Source of the DNA: an uncultured Oscillospiraceae bacterium
GTDB taxonomy: Bacteria > Bacillota > Clostridia > Oscillospirales > CAG-382
Length of the DNA: 47,392 nt
Direction of reading: 5' to 3'
Assembly: GCA_964522305.1 (NCBI GenBank)
Contig: CAZFVM010000002.1
Location: 1 to 47,392, forward strand
A model generated the notes under the pieces. It saw nothing but the letters and a program-made list of their open reading frames with translations. It made no database searches and had not been told where the DNA came from. Of the stretch, positions 12,001-21,325 are shown in pieces. The position numbers and the translations under genes are program-made. Every line of letters begins with the position of its first letter. Position 1 is the stretch's first letter.

Positions 12001-12807
12001 GTTGAGCAGAACCTGAGCACTCTCCACCAAAGGAGGGTCTCCGGGACGAAGCCTTCTGTGGATTTCTTTAAGCGCTTCGTGGGTGGGATTGGTATGTACC
12101 CCTTCGCTGAGGTTCTTGTCGGTTTCGGCTAAGGTTATGTCCTTTTCAAAGGTTGCCTTTATCAGTGCCTCATCTCCGAACAATTCCAAAATGTCTTCGT
12201 TGTTGGTAAGACCAAAGGCACGGAGTAATACGGTTATGGGTATCTTTCTGTTCTTGTCGATACGGACATGAAAAACATCCGAAGAATCGGTCTCGAACTC
12301 CAGCCACGCTCCCCTATAGGGAATCACGGTGGCGGCGAAAAGGTTCTTACCTGTTTTGTCTACGGAGGTATTGTAATAAATACCGGGAGAGCGAACTATC
12401 TGAGAGACCACTACCCTCTCGGCTCCGTTGATGATAAAAGTACCGCTGTCGGTCATCATGGGAAAATCACCCATGTAGATTTCCTGCTCTTTTACCTCTC
12501 CGGTAATCTTGTTGATAAGCCTTACCGTAACCTTAAAAGGTGTCGCAAAGTTCACGTCCCTCTCTTTGCACTCTTCCACCGAAAACTTCGGTGTTTCGCT
12601 AAGAGAATAATCCACGAATTCAATGACCAAGTTTCCCGAATAGTCGTTCATGGGAGATATCTCTGAGAGGATAGTTTGGATATCTTTCTCAACGAGATCC
12701 CTGAAGGACTTTTTTTGTATCTCGATAAGGTTCGGCATTTCCAAGACCTCTTGGGTCTTCGAGAAAGACAATCTTTTTACCTTGCCGAGATTCTGCTCCT
12801 TTAGCAT
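9037..12807 (-). CDS. rpoB: DNA-directed RNA polymerase subunit beta
   Basis: 1256 aa. Conserved blocks include GRHGNKGV, the SQLSQFMDQ-like rifampicin-region block [13 protein letters not shown], and a C-terminal acidic tail as in Firmicutes. Confidence 0.98.
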   Translation of the reverse strand: MLKEQNLGKVKRLSFSKTQEVLEMPNLIEIQKKSFRDLVEKDIQTILSEISPMNDYSGNLVIEFVDYSLSETPKFSVEECKERDVNFATPFKVTVRLINKITGEVKEQEIYMGDFPMMTDSGTFIINGAERVVVSQIVRSPGIYYNTSVDKTGKNLFAATVIPYRGAWLEFETDSSDVFHVRIDKNRKIPITVLLRAFGLTNNEDILELFGDEALIKATFEKDITLAETDKNLSEGVHTNPTHEALKEIHRRLRPGDPPLVESAQVLLNNLFFDSKRYDLSMVGRYKFNKKLALSKRITSKVLSRPAVSPITGEILFDAGIKLSRTDAEAIEKAGLCEVYIESGFDENRRPIETKVFTNRMVDASAITGFDNSELGINEYVNLDVLLEIIEEVGLEDAEKLKVAFLPRRNELIPNHITVDDIFASVNYLICLSHGIGTIDDIGHLSNRRLRTVGELLFNQLRIGFARMDKIVKEKMTTQDIDTITPQSLINIRPIVSVIRDFFGSSPLSQFMDQTNPLSELTHKRRLSALGPGGLSRDRASFEVRDIHYTHYGRMCPIETPEGPNIGLISYLATYGRINDFGFIEAPYRRVKDGKVTDEVVYLTADAEDEYVVATANEEINQDGEFINRKIVARHRDEVLEFETDEIDLMDVSAKMVVSVATSMIPFLENDDNTRALMGSNMQKQAVPLMVTESPIVATGMEYKAAYDSGVLVICKTSGTVESVSASEVVVRTDDGGMDVYKLIKFKRSNQGTSINQRPLVKKGQRIEAGDVVADGPATDHGEISLGKNILVGFMTWEGYNYEDAILISERLVKEDVYTSIHIEEYYCESRDTKLGAEEITRDIPNVGEDVLRDLDSEGVVRIGAEVRAGDILVGKVTPKGETDPTAEERLLRAIFGEKAREVRDTSLRLPHGESGIVVDVKEFSRDDCDVLQPGVIKVVRVFVAQKRKISVGDKMAGRHGNKGVISRILPVEDMPFLPDGTPLDIVLNPLGVPSRMNIGQVLEVHLGLAAKELGWKVMSPVFDGASEMDIFECLKMAGLPEDGKSVLYDGRTGEPFDNRVTVGYMYFLKLHHLVDDKIHARSTGPYSLVTQQPLGGKAQFGGQRFGEMEVWALYAYGAAYTLQEILTVKSDDIRGRVKTYEAIVKGQNIPTPGVPASFKVLVKELQSLGLNVRVKDKDDQEITLKDYSAEESGYEKRFSDLELGESVLEKPEEMMMDDEEGVVADDKDNTVEIGYNGKSDDLVDSDEQDIDNADN

Positions 12808-13082
12808 GCTTCCTAATCACTCCATTCAGTTATTCTGGTTTTATATTTTTGTTTTTATATTATTATTGATAGTTTCGGTTAGTACGCATCTTTCAACTAA
12901 ATATATGCAAAATATGCAAAAAAAGAGATTTTTTGTTTTTTTAATTATCACCATGAAAATTACAACCAAAGATTATGACAAAAAAAGATACAAAAAAGAT
13001 GCAACTACAGGGATGAATGTTTACGAAATTGTTTCTTTTGTCTGAAAAAATCGCCCATTTGGGCAATATAGTGCAGTTTATA

Positions 13083-13111
13083 ATATTATCACAAAGATAG
13101 AGGGTTGTCAA
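13083..13111 (-). promoter_or_regulatory. Sigma-A promoter for rpoBC with an extended -10
   Basis: On the minus strand, TTGACA (13106-13111) is followed by a 17-nt spacer and TGaTAATAT (-10 at 13083-13088). This leaves an AT-rich leader of about 275 nt before the rpoB ATG. Confidence 0.5.
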
Positions 13112-13159
13112 TCACTTTTTGAAAATATTTTTTCTGACCCTTTTTTGAGCGAAAATCCA

Positions 13160-13189
13160 CCCCGACTGTCTTTATAAAGGCAGTCGGGG
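13160..13189 (-). terminator. Hairpin terminator after the TIM-barrel isomerase gene, possibly bidirectional
   Basis: CCCCGACUG (13160-13168) pairs with CAGUCGGGG (13181-13189) around a 12-nt loop. T-rich tracts flank it on both strands. Confidence 0.55.
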
Positions 13190-13235
13190 CTGAAAATTGC
13201 TTTATTTTGTTTTTAAAATATAAGTCTAAAATACG

Positions 13236-13976
13236 CTAAACTATCTTCTTTAAATTCTCGTATAGCTTAACTACCGAATCAAAGTCGTCCAAAGCGTCCT
13301 TTTCGATTATCGCCCAGTCGAAGTTCGGGGTGTTCTTGGATATCTCGACAATTGCGTTCCAATCGATGTCGTCTTCCCCGATTAAAGCATCGTAGCCGTT
13401 TTCTAAAGAGTATGCTTTGTAGTGTACGGTTACTCCTTTGTCGGCGTATTTTTTGTAAAGTGCCACCGGGTCTTGACCGCCGTTTAGTGCGTTGCCGATA
13501 TCAAGCTGCATAATGAAATCTGACGGGGTTTGATCCCCTATCATCTCCCAGGCGCATTTGCCGTTTTCTAATATCAGCATCTCTCCCTTGTGAGCGTGGA
13601 ATCCCATTACCAAACCTTCTTCCCTCAACCTTGCCGCCATCTTGTTGAAGTCGCAGATTTGATCGTTCCACTCTTCCACCGTCTTTTCCGGCATCCAAGG
13701 TACTATGACATATTTGCATCCTAATGTCTTCATATAGTCGATAGTTCTTTGGATCTTTTCTTCGGTCTCGAATTCCTGCCAACCTGTGTGGTATCCGCAG
13801 TTTTCCAAGCCTATTTCTTTGAGGGTATCTCTCAAAAATTCTGCCGTGTGGGTCTCTAAAGAACCGAAGAGCTCTACCCCTTCATAACCTATAGCCTTAA
13901 TTCTCTTGAGGCATTCTACCGCATCTTGGGCATAAGCGTCCCGAACGGAATATACCTGCAAACCTATCTTGAACAT
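13236..13976 (-). CDS. Sugar phosphate isomerase/epimerase (xylose isomerase-like TIM barrel)
   Basis: 246 aa. The N-terminus MFKIGLQVYSVRD, then GYEGVEL, GFHAH and QLDIGN are typical of AP_endonuc_2/IolE-like TIM barrels. Confidence 0.7.
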   Translation of the reverse strand: MFKIGLQVYSVRDAYAQDAVECLKRIKAIGYEGVELFGSLETHTAEFLRDTLKEIGLENCGYHTGWQEFETEEKIQRTIDYMKTLGCKYVIVPWMPEKTVEEWNDQICDFNKMAARLREEGLVMGFHAHKGEMLILENGKCAWEMIGDQTPSDFIMQLDIGNALNGGQDPVALYKKYADKGVTVHYKAYSLENGYDALIGEDDIDWNAIVEISKNTPNFDWAIIEKDALDDFDSVVKLYENLKKIV

Positions 13977-14007
13977 AACAATCCTCCGATTTTTTATTTT
14001 TTGTGTG

Positions 14008-14832
14008 TCAGATTATTCTAAGTGGTTGGTCGGGGGGTGCCACGGTCAAACAAACCTCCCCCTCTTCTGCTTTGTCCATGTCCTTTGTATCCCGCACGTT
14101 AAATCCGCAGGCGGTGAGCCTTCCTTTGCACTCCCCAAAAGCGATATGCGGGCGGTTGTTGTTTTCGCTTAGATGGGCGAGGACAATGTTCTTTGTTCCC
14201 GTGTTTACCAAGTCCGGCAAAACACCCGCACAGTCTGCGTTGGACAGGTGACCGGACTTGCCGGATATCCTCGCCTTTAGCAGTCGGGGGTAATCCCCAT
14301 TATATAACAGTTCCGGATCGTGGTTGGACTCTATTACCACAGTCTCGCATCCGGTGAGCATATCCACCACCGAATCGCACAGATATCCGAGGTCGGTGGC
14401 ATAGCCAAAGGAGAAATCCCCAAAATCTATTCTAAACCCCACCGATGCCGCCGAATCGTGGTTTGTCCTATAAGCCGAAACCTTCATCCCGCCCAAAGTA
14501 ATAGTCTGTCCGTGATCAAAACTCACTAAGTAATCCTTGGTCTCCGGCCTTGCATGGGCGATGCTTTTGGCTGCCATCAAAGGAGCATAAATGGCGATGC
14601 CGTGTCGCTTGGAAATAACATTTAATCCTTTTGTGTGGTCCTCGTGTTCGTGGGTTATGAATATTGCATCTATATTCGTGATATCCGTGCCAATTTCGTT
14701 CAAAGCTCGGCCTATTCTCCTTGCGGATACCCCTGCATCTATAAGTATCTCTATATCGTTGTGTTGTACATATGCCGCATTCCCCTTGGAGGAGGAAAAG
14801 AGCATATATGCCTTGACGCCTCTTTCCGTCAT
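14008..14832 (-). CDS. MBL-fold metallo-hydrolase (YycJ/WalJ-like)
   Basis: 274 aa, with the THEHEDH metal motif after S..GNA.YV....ILIDAG, matching the layout of B. subtilis YycJ. Confidence 0.75.
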   Translation of the reverse strand: MTERGVKAYMLFSSSKGNAAYVQHNDIEILIDAGVSARRIGRALNEIGTDITNIDAIFITHEHEDHTKGLNVISKRHGIAIYAPLMAAKSIAHARPETKDYLVSFDHGQTITLGGMKVSAYRTNHDSAASVGFRIDFGDFSFGYATDLGYLCDSVVDMLTGCETVVIESNHDPELLYNGDYPRLLKARISGKSGHLSNADCAGVLPDLVNTGTKNIVLAHLSENNNRPHIAFGECKGRLTACGFNVRDTKDMDKAEEGEVCLTVAPPDQPLRII

Positions 14833-16136
14833 TGTTGACCTGTATCTCCCTCATGAATTTGTGTCTCGGATATACGGATTGCTCCCTGCTTTCTTACCTT
14901 GAGGAAGTTGCAACACCCTTGCCCAAAAACACTTTCTAATAATTCTTTGTATTTTTCTTTGTCGGTTTTTCTTACATAAGCTTGTATGGTGCCCGCAAAG
15001 CCCCCTCCGTGGACCCGACAGGGTATGTTTTGTCTCTCGGTAAGGGCGATAGCCAAAGAAAGGCCCTGTTGAGATACGTTCTTTGTAGTATAGAGGTTTT
15101 GCAAAAACTTGAATGAAGAGTTCCCGCTCTCGATTACAAGGGCAATGAACTCCTCGATGTCTCCGGACTTCAAAGCTGTACGCTGGGCTTCTACCCGCTT
15201 GTTCTCGGCAAAGAAATGTAGCGCGCGAAGGATTGCCCGATCCCCCACTATCTTCCTGATATAGGAAATCCGTTGCACAAAATCCTCTTCATCTACCTCC
15301 CGCAACACAGACTTGCCCAAGAGCTTGGCACAGGAATGCATCTCTGACGGTACAAGAGCATAGTCATCGGTCAGGTCGGCGTGATTGCCCCCTGTGTTAA
15401 CTATCACCAATAAATATCCCTGCTCGGAAAGGTCGAAGTTTAGCTTTTCTACAAAAGGATTGTCGCTATCCACGAAATCCATGTATAGAAACCCGCCGTA
15501 AGCGCAAGCGGATTGGTCCATGAGTCCACAGGGCTTGCCAAAAAAAACGTTCTCTGCATATTTCCCAATTTTTGCCAGTTCCATCAGGGGAATCCTGCCG
15601 TCGTTGTAAAGATGGGACAGGATATTGCCGCACATAACCTCGAAAGCTGCCGATGAAGAAAGCCCGGACCCTCCAAAAACATCACTGGTGGTACATGCCC
15701 TGAACCCTCCGCACTTGTATCCCCTTTCTTTGAAAGCGTGGCAAACCCCGGCTATAATCGCCGACGAGGAGTTGCTCTTGACCTTTGTGGGGTCGGTCTC
15801 GGAAATATCCACCACATCCTCCCGATAACCCTTGCTCTTTATCCGGATAGTGTTTTGTTCCTGAGGGGAGGCTATGGCAATTATATCTATATCTACCGCC
15901 GCCGCCAACACCTTGCCGCTGTTGTGGTCGGTGTGGTTGCCGGATATTTCGCTTCTGCCCGGGACCGAAAAAATATATACCTCGTCGTCTCCATAACGAT
16001 TGAGATAATCGTTGACAAGATTCATGTATCTTGTTCTTTGCGCGTCGAGATTATCCCGGGAGTAAAGGCGTTGCAATACTTCGTCATATTTGTTATCTGA
16101 TAAGGCTTTTATTAAAGCAGATGCTTTAATTGACAT
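14829..16136 (-). CDS. GHMP-family sugar kinase, galactokinase-like
   Basis: 435 aa. It has the galactokinase signature variant PGRSEISGNHTDHNSGKVLAAAV and the GHMP ATP loop GGSGLSSSAA. Its stop overlaps the MBL gene start by 4 nt. Confidence 0.7.
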   Translation of the reverse strand: MSIKASALIKALSDNKYDEVLQRLYSRDNLDAQRTRYMNLVNDYLNRYGDDEVYIFSVPGRSEISGNHTDHNSGKVLAAAVDIDIIAIASPQEQNTIRIKSKGYREDVVDISETDPTKVKSNSSSAIIAGVCHAFKERGYKCGGFRACTTSDVFGGSGLSSSAAFEVMCGNILSHLYNDGRIPLMELAKIGKYAENVFFGKPCGLMDQSACAYGGFLYMDFVDSDNPFVEKLNFDLSEQGYLLVIVNTGGNHADLTDDYALVPSEMHSCAKLLGKSVLREVDEEDFVQRISYIRKIVGDRAILRALHFFAENKRVEAQRTALKSGDIEEFIALVIESGNSSFKFLQNLYTTKNVSQQGLSLAIALTERQNIPCRVHGGGFAGTIQAYVRKTDKEKYKELLESVFGQGCCNFLKVRKQGAIRISETQIHEGDTGQQ

Positions 16137-16205
16137 GGTGTTACCTCGTTAATTCAATCTGTTTTTATAGATTGCAGTTTCCATAAAGGTTGTAATGACA
16201 GACTT

Positions 16206-16709
16206 TTATCTTAAAGATTGTTTGAGTTCTTCCAAGGCTTTTGAGTTGTTTAAAAACACTGCAAGCAAAACAAAGATAATCCCACTCGCCGCTGCTTGCA
16301 ATCCGTTGAACAACAGACCGGATATGGCAAGGGTCTTGTCGTACAGGAAGGTCTCTGTTAAAAAATATCCCAAAACCAAAACCAATGATGCAGGTAATAT
16401 GGCGATTATGTTGTGGGGGGAAAAGACCTTCTTGTTGCTGTTGAACATGGCAGCCATAACCCCTTTTATTATAAAGGTGGGGAGGGCATAAATTGCAAAT
16501 TCCCCGGTCAAATCCGATAACGCACCCCCAAGGGATGCGACAATTATATTGAAAGGAAAGGGAATGACACAAGCAAAAAGATAAACGAAAGAGTCCCCCA
16601 GGTGAATATATCCCACTCCTCCGGGTATGGGGATATATATCCTGGTGACTATAAATATGATTGCCGTAGCCACTGCGGCTGCCGTCATTCTTTTGATATT
16701 CTTATTCAT
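16206..16709 (-). CDS. ECF-transporter substrate-specific (S) component, possibly pyridoxine-specific (PdxU-like)
   Basis: 167 aa with about 5-6 TM segments and a small-S-component architecture. It starts 3 nt after the pdxK stop. The substrate is inferred only from this adjacency. Confidence 0.55.
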   Translation of the reverse strand: MNKNIKRMTAAAVATAIIFIVTRIYIPIPGGVGYIHLGDSFVYLFACVIPFPFNIIVASLGGALSDLTGEFAIYALPTFIIKGVMAAMFNSNKKVFSPHNIIAILPASLVLVLGYFLTETFLYDKTLAISGLLFNGLQAAASGIIFVLLAVFLNNSKALEELKQSLR

Positions 16710-16712
16710 GTG

Positions 16713-17576
16713 TTATAAATGGGCCAAAGTCAATTGTTCTTCGAAATCCAAGCCATATAGCTCCGGCATGCCGTTGTTCCTTGTCTTGTCGGACACATCG
16801 GAGATAAAATGAACAGCTGCCTTCACCGACTCGTAAAACCCATCCCCCTTCAAAAGCTTACCTAACAAAATAGAAGCAAACAAATCCCCGGTGCCGGGAT
16901 AAAAGCAGTCATAGTAAGAAGCAAAACTGCTGCCGTAGGTGGTCTCTTCTTTGTCTTTGATGGCAAATACCGCCCCCACGGTGTCCTGTCTTCTGTTGTG
17001 AATACCGGTAATAACCACGGCACGCTTTGGCTTTTTGCCAAGCCTGAGAAGGCTGTCTGTCAGCTCCCTTTGCTCTGCCAAGTCCGGATCGGGGTTGTAG
17101 GGACGCCGAAGCAGAATATAGGCTTCTGTAAGATTGGGGGTTATTACATCGGCATGCTTACATAACACCCTAACCCCGTCACACATGGTCTTTGTATAGG
17201 TCTTATATATTTTGCCTTCGTCCCCCATCACAGGGTCTACCAAAACCAGAGGTCGCTTGTGACCATCCAGCTCGGAAATTTCAGAAAAGGTATTTATGAA
17301 ATTTAGAACCTTAACGATTTGTTCGTCGCTCCCCAAAAACCCGCTGTAAATCGCATCGAAATTAAGACGAAGCTCCTCCCAATGCCCGGAAATCTTGTCC
17401 ATCTCGTCGCTCAAATCCAGGAAGGTATAACCTTCTATGGCGGTATGAGCGGATAACAACGCAGTGGGCAAGGGACACAACTGATGACCGAACTTGGACA
17501 AAACCGGCCAGATTACCTGCATAGAGCTTCTCCCTATACAGGATATGTCATGTATTGCCGCAACTCTCTTAGCCAT
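16713..17576 (-). CDS. pdxK: Pyridoxal/pyridoxamine kinase (PdxK/PdxY family)
   Basis: The blocks FDAIYSGFLGS, VDPVMGDEGK, ITPNLTEA and GTGDLFASILLGKLL align with E. coli PdxY. The start is set at MAKRVAAIHD, which has AGAGG 9 nt upstream. The ORF-track start at 17627 adds 17 residues with no SD. Confidence 0.8.
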   Translation of the reverse strand: MAKRVAAIHDISCIGRSSMQVIWPVLSKFGHQLCPLPTALLSAHTAIEGYTFLDLSDEMDKISGHWEELRLNFDAIYSGFLGSDEQIVKVLNFINTFSEISELDGHKRPLVLVDPVMGDEGKIYKTYTKTMCDGVRVLCKHADVITPNLTEAYILLRRPYNPDPDLAEQRELTDSLLRLGKKPKRAVVITGIHNRRQDTVGAVFAIKDKEETTYGSSFASYYDCFYPGTGDLFASILLGKLLKGDGFYESVKAAVHFISDVSDKTRNNGMPELYGLDFEEQLTLAHL

Positions 17577-17810
17577 TCTTTTGCCTCTTTTATAAAAAAT
17601 GAAATGTTGTAACTGTGTTTCTTTCATAGTATGATACCATAAACCCGTTAAAAATAAAAGATGTTTTGCCCGGTATTTACCTTATTTTGCCTCCGGATAC
17701 CACAATATTTTTGGAGACAAATGTTAAAGTTTTAAAAGGGATAGGATTTTTGTGTAAATACAGTGTATACTATAATGGATAAAACACAAAAAGCCGTCAA
17801 GGAGGATATT

Positions 17811-18899
17811 ATGAACTCGGATACAACAAAAATCTCAAAGATAAGCAAAAGTCAGTACAGAGATAAATTAACAGCAGCTTTCCTGGGACGGGGAGCAGGT
17901 TGCACCCTTGGAGCTCCGGTGGAGGGCTGGACTTTGGAACGGATGGAGGAATACGCCAAAGAAATAAGTCTGTCCGAATACCCGCTAAAAGACTATTGGC
18001 CCCAAATTCCCAACCCCGACGACCCTCGTTTTGAAACCGAAACCTTTGCAAGTTATATCAAAGGCACTATGAAGACTCTGCCCTGTGACGACGATATCGG
18101 ATATACCCTGCTTGCCCTTTTTATTATGGAACAGTACGGCACGGATTTCACCTTAGAGGACGTTGCAAAGGCCTGGGTTGAATATATAACCATATCCTAT
18201 ACTGCAGAAGAAATCGCCTTGAATAATCTAAAAAAAGGGATATCACCCCAATTGGCAGCCGAGATAGACAACCCCTATGATGAATGGATAGGTGCGGATA
18301 TCCGTTGCGACGGATATGGCTATGTTTCTCCCTGTAATCCAAAAAAAGCAGCCCAAATGGCAGAAACCGATGCCCTTATTAGCCATCGCAACAATGGAGT
18401 ATATGGGTCTATGTATTTTGCCTCGGTGATATCCTTGGCCTTTTGTCTCTCCGATCCAAAAGAGGCACTAATCGGAGGTTTGGAGTTTATCCCTGAAGAT
18501 TGCGAATTAGCTCTCGGGGTGCGGTGGGCTCTGGAACACTATGATACCGTAAAGGACTATCGTCATGCCGCACAACTGGTAGACGAGCGTTATCCCGGCA
18601 TGAGTAATGTCCACACCATAAATAATGCCTGCCTTACAATATATGCCCTTGCCTTGGGGAAAGAAAACATTGGAAAGGTCATAGCCAATGCCGTTGCTAT
18701 GGCTCACGACTGTGACTGTACCGCAGCCACTGCCGGGTCTATAGCCGGTGCCTGCTTTGGAATGAAAGGGCTTGACCCCCACTGGTACGAACCCTTTAAC
18801 AACAAGGTAAACTCCTACTTCACCGGTGAAAAACAGTTTTTGATATCCGATATTATAGACAGATTTGAGGCATTGGCAGAAAAGCTTACGGAGTTTTAA
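17811..18899 (+). CDS. ADP-ribosylglycohydrolase family protein
   Basis: It carries the ARH motifs G.G.TLGAPVEG, CDDDIGYT and HDCDCTAATAGSIAGA. The start is set at the ATG at 17811, which has AGGAGG 7 nt upstream. The track start is 17763. Confidence 0.75.
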   Translation: MNSDTTKISKISKSQYRDKLTAAFLGRGAGCTLGAPVEGWTLERMEEYAKEISLSEYPLKDYWPQIPNPDDPRFETETFASYIKGTMKTLPCDDDIGYTLLALFIMEQYGTDFTLEDVAKAWVEYITISYTAEEIALNNLKKGISPQLAAEIDNPYDEWIGADIRCDGYGYVSPCNPKKAAQMAETDALISHRNNGVYGSMYFASVISLAFCLSDPKEALIGGLEFIPEDCELALGVRWALEHYDTVKDYRHAAQLVDERYPGMSNVHTINNACLTIYALALGKENIGKVIANAVAMAHDCDCTAATAGSIAGACFGMKGLDPHWYEPFNNKVNSYFTGEKQFLISDIIDRFEALAEKLTEF

Positions 18900-19017
18900 A
18901 ACATCTTTTGTAAAAAGGGTTTTATCTGCTTTTGAAGCGGAACATCATAGTAGACTTTTTTCCCCTTTTATCCAATAATTAAAGTAACAGATATAGAATA
19001 AGGATGTAACTCAACAA

Positions 19018-20355
19018 ATGATCAAACTAAAACATTCTCATATAAAAAGTGTAACAGAGGCAGAGCTTGTAAAGCTTATGCCTCTGCTTGCATCTGCCAA
19101 CCAAAAGCTAAAGACCAAAACAGGGCCGGGTGCCGAGTTCACCGGCTGGTTAGACCAACCCATCGACTATGACAAAGAGGAGTTTGCTCGTATAGAAAAA
19201 GCTGCCGAAAAGATACGCCAAATCTGTGATGCATTGATTGTCATAGGCATAGGGGGCAGTTATCTGGGTGCCCGAGCAGTGCTGGAGTTCTTACACTCCC
19301 CTTATTATAATCAAAGGACCAAAGATGCTCCGCAAATATACTTTGCCGGCAACTCGTTTTCCGGCAGAGAACTGACGGATATCCTTGACTTATGCAAGGA
19401 CAAGCGGGTTTGCGTGAATGTTATAAGCAAATCCGGGACCACCACCGAAAGTGCCATAGCCTTTCGGATTATAAAAACCGAACTGGAAAAACGCTATTCC
19501 AAGCAAGAGTTGAAAGAACGAATCTTTGTAACCACCGACGCGCGCAAAGGTCGTCTCAAGGAACTATCGGATAAAGAGGGATACGAACAATTCGTTATAC
19601 CCGACGATATCGGGGGCAGGTTCTCGGTGTTGACCGCAGTCGGGCTATTGCCAATAGCTGTCAGCGGTGCCGATATTCGCGGGCTGATGGAAGGGGCTGC
19701 CTTGTGCAGAGAATCTCTATTTGCCAAGGGACCGGAAAACCCTGCCTACACCTACGCCTTACTCAGAAACGCTTTTTATAACAAAGGGAGAAAGGTTGAG
19801 GTATTGGCAAGTTATGACCCTTCCTTCAGATATATGGGGGAATGGTTCAAGCAACTCTTTGGCGAGAGCGAGGGGAAGGACAAGAAAGGGATTTTTCCCG
19901 CTTCTGTCATATTCTCCTCAGACCTCCATTCCTTGGGTCAATATATCCAGGACGGAACACCCATGTTGTTTGAAACCCTATGTCGACAAAGCGCTCCGGA
20001 CTCGGAGATGACCGTTCCCATGTTGGATGAGGATTATGACGGGCTGAATTACATCGCAGGTCAAACCCTCGACTCTGTCAACGAAAAAGCATGTCTCGGC
20101 ACCCTGCTCGCCCATGCAGACGGCGGCACCGAAACAATTATAATAGAATACGAAAACAAGGACGAAAAATCTTTGGGAGCCTTGATATATTTCTTCTTTT
20201 TGGCCTGCGGGATATCCGGTTATATGCTGGGGGTCAATCCCTTTGACCAACCGGGAGTCGAGGAATATAAAAAGAACATGTTCGCCCTACTGGGGAAAAA
20301 CCCCGGCTCGGAGGAAAGCGAAAGGCTCAACACCAGGATACAGGAGCTTTTGTAA
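19018..20355 (+). CDS. pgi: Glucose-6-phosphate isomerase (Firmicute short type)
   Basis: 445 aa, with IGIGGSYLGARA, ISKSGTTTE, GGRFSVL and QLFGESEGK as the PGI signature blocks. Confidence 0.93.
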   Translation: MIKLKHSHIKSVTEAELVKLMPLLASANQKLKTKTGPGAEFTGWLDQPIDYDKEEFARIEKAAEKIRQICDALIVIGIGGSYLGARAVLEFLHSPYYNQRTKDAPQIYFAGNSFSGRELTDILDLCKDKRVCVNVISKSGTTTESAIAFRIIKTELEKRYSKQELKERIFVTTDARKGRLKELSDKEGYEQFVIPDDIGGRFSVLTAVGLLPIAVSGADIRGLMEGAALCRESLFAKGPENPAYTYALLRNAFYNKGRKVEVLASYDPSFRYMGEWFKQLFGESEGKDKKGIFPASVIFSSDLHSLGQYIQDGTPMLFETLCRQSAPDSEMTVPMLDEDYDGLNYIAGQTLDSVNEKACLGTLLAHADGGTETIIIEYENKDEKSLGALIYFFFLACGISGYMLGVNPFDQPGVEEYKKNMFALLGKNPGSEESERLNTRIQELL

Positions 20356-20424
20356 ACCAAATCTATTGTCAAAGTCATCTATAAAAACCAACCCTAAAAC
20401 AAATTAAAAACGGAGGTAGTCGTT

Positions 20425-20844
20425 ATGATTGAGTTAATTGTCGGACTTAAAGGAACGGGAAAAACCAAAACCCTCATAAAAGAGGTCAATAGGGTAGCCA
20501 AAGAAACCCACGGGGCCGTCGTGTGTATCGAATATGGGCGCAAGCTGAATTATGATATTAAATATCTTGCCAGACTTGTGGATGCTAAGGAATATGGGAT
20601 TGATAACGCAGAACAGCTCTTTGGCTTTGTCTGTGGTATCCTTGCCGCCAACTATGACATTACCGAAATCTTTATAGACAGTGCTTTGAAAATTTGTGGG
20701 AACAATATACCTGAGTTTGAGGAGTTTTTGCTAAAAATAAACGGCTTATTAAAGCGGGATAACATAAAGTGCTTGATAACCGCTACAATAGACCCGGATG
20801 ATGTTCCCCCCTCCATAGCCGGTTTTATAAGGGAAGTGCACTGA
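20425..20844 (+). CDS. Uncharacterised minimal P-loop NTPase (139 aa)
   Basis: Walker A GLKGTGKT is at residues 7-14 and a Walker-B-like EIFIDS at about 81-86. GGAGG lies 8 nt upstream. I recognise no named family. Confidence 0.6.
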   Translation: MIELIVGLKGTGKTKTLIKEVNRVAKETHGAVVCIEYGRKLNYDIKYLARLVDAKEYGIDNAEQLFGFVCGILAANYDITEIFIDSALKICGNNIPEFEEFLLKINGLLKRDNIKCLITATIDPDDVPPSIAGFIREVH

Positions 20845-20849
20845 TTGAG

Positions 20850-21257
20850 ATGAAGGATAAAATTAAGACCGCCTTGTTGAGAGGGCTTGTTGTAAATGTG
20901 TTCTTGTATTTTGGGTTGTTATTTTTGGCAGCAACCAGAGTGACCGTAAGCAATCCCCAAGCCGCAGCAGCCTTCACCCGACAACTGACTGTACATTCGG
21001 TTTATTTGTTGTTGTTTTCCCTAGTGCTCGGTTTTTCTTTCCTAATTTTTGATACAAAAAAACTGCCCTCTTCCGGCAAGTGGCTTTTGCATATAGTTCT
21101 TTTGTATTCCGCTTCCTTGGCGGTCAGTTATTTGGTAGCGGGAGTAGGCAGCAGCCCGAAGGAGCGGGTTAACCACTTCTTTTTTACAACCCTGTTATTC
21201 TTTTTGATCTATGGTATCTCGGCGCTGGTAGCTCATATAATAAAAAAGAGAAGATAA
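20850..21257 (+). CDS. Uncharacterised small integral membrane protein (4 TM)
   Basis: 135 aa with four hydrophobic segments and a basic C-terminus KKRR. It starts 5 nt after the P-loop gene stop. Confidence 0.6.
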   Translation: MKDKIKTALLRGLVVNVFLYFGLLFLAATRVTVSNPQAAAAFTRQLTVHSVYLLLFSLVLGFSFLIFDTKKLPSSGKWLLHIVLLYSASLAVSYLVAGVGSSPKERVNHFFFTTLLFFLIYGISALVAHIIKKRR

Positions 21258-21280
21258 CGCTCACCTTTTACAAAACAAAA

Positions 21281-21325
21281 CCCGTGGCAACTCATTGAGG
21301 TGCTGCGGGTTTTATTGTTTTATTT
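21281..21325 (+). terminator. Rho-independent terminator of the plus-strand ARH-pgi-P-loop-membrane block
   Basis: CCCGUGGCA (21281-21289) pairs with UGCUGCGGG (21301-21309). The stem includes two G-U pairs that work only on the plus-strand RNA. A long T-rich tract follows. It overlaps the stop of the convergent DUF692-like gene. Confidence 0.6.

Noticed and set aside
12808-13082. Small ORFs of 17-19 codons in the rpoB leader (for example MGDFFRQKKQFRKHSSL) considered as possible leader peptides.
   Set aside because: They have no SD and no recognisable attenuation logic. The AT-rich sequence generates such ORFs by chance, so they cannot be supported from sequence alone.
17811-18899. The ADP-ribosylglycohydrolase considered as part of a DarTG-like toxin-antitoxin or defence module.
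   Set aside because: There is no adjacent ADP-ribosyltransferase or toxin gene. Its neighbours are pdxK (divergent) and pgi, and the context is housekeeping.
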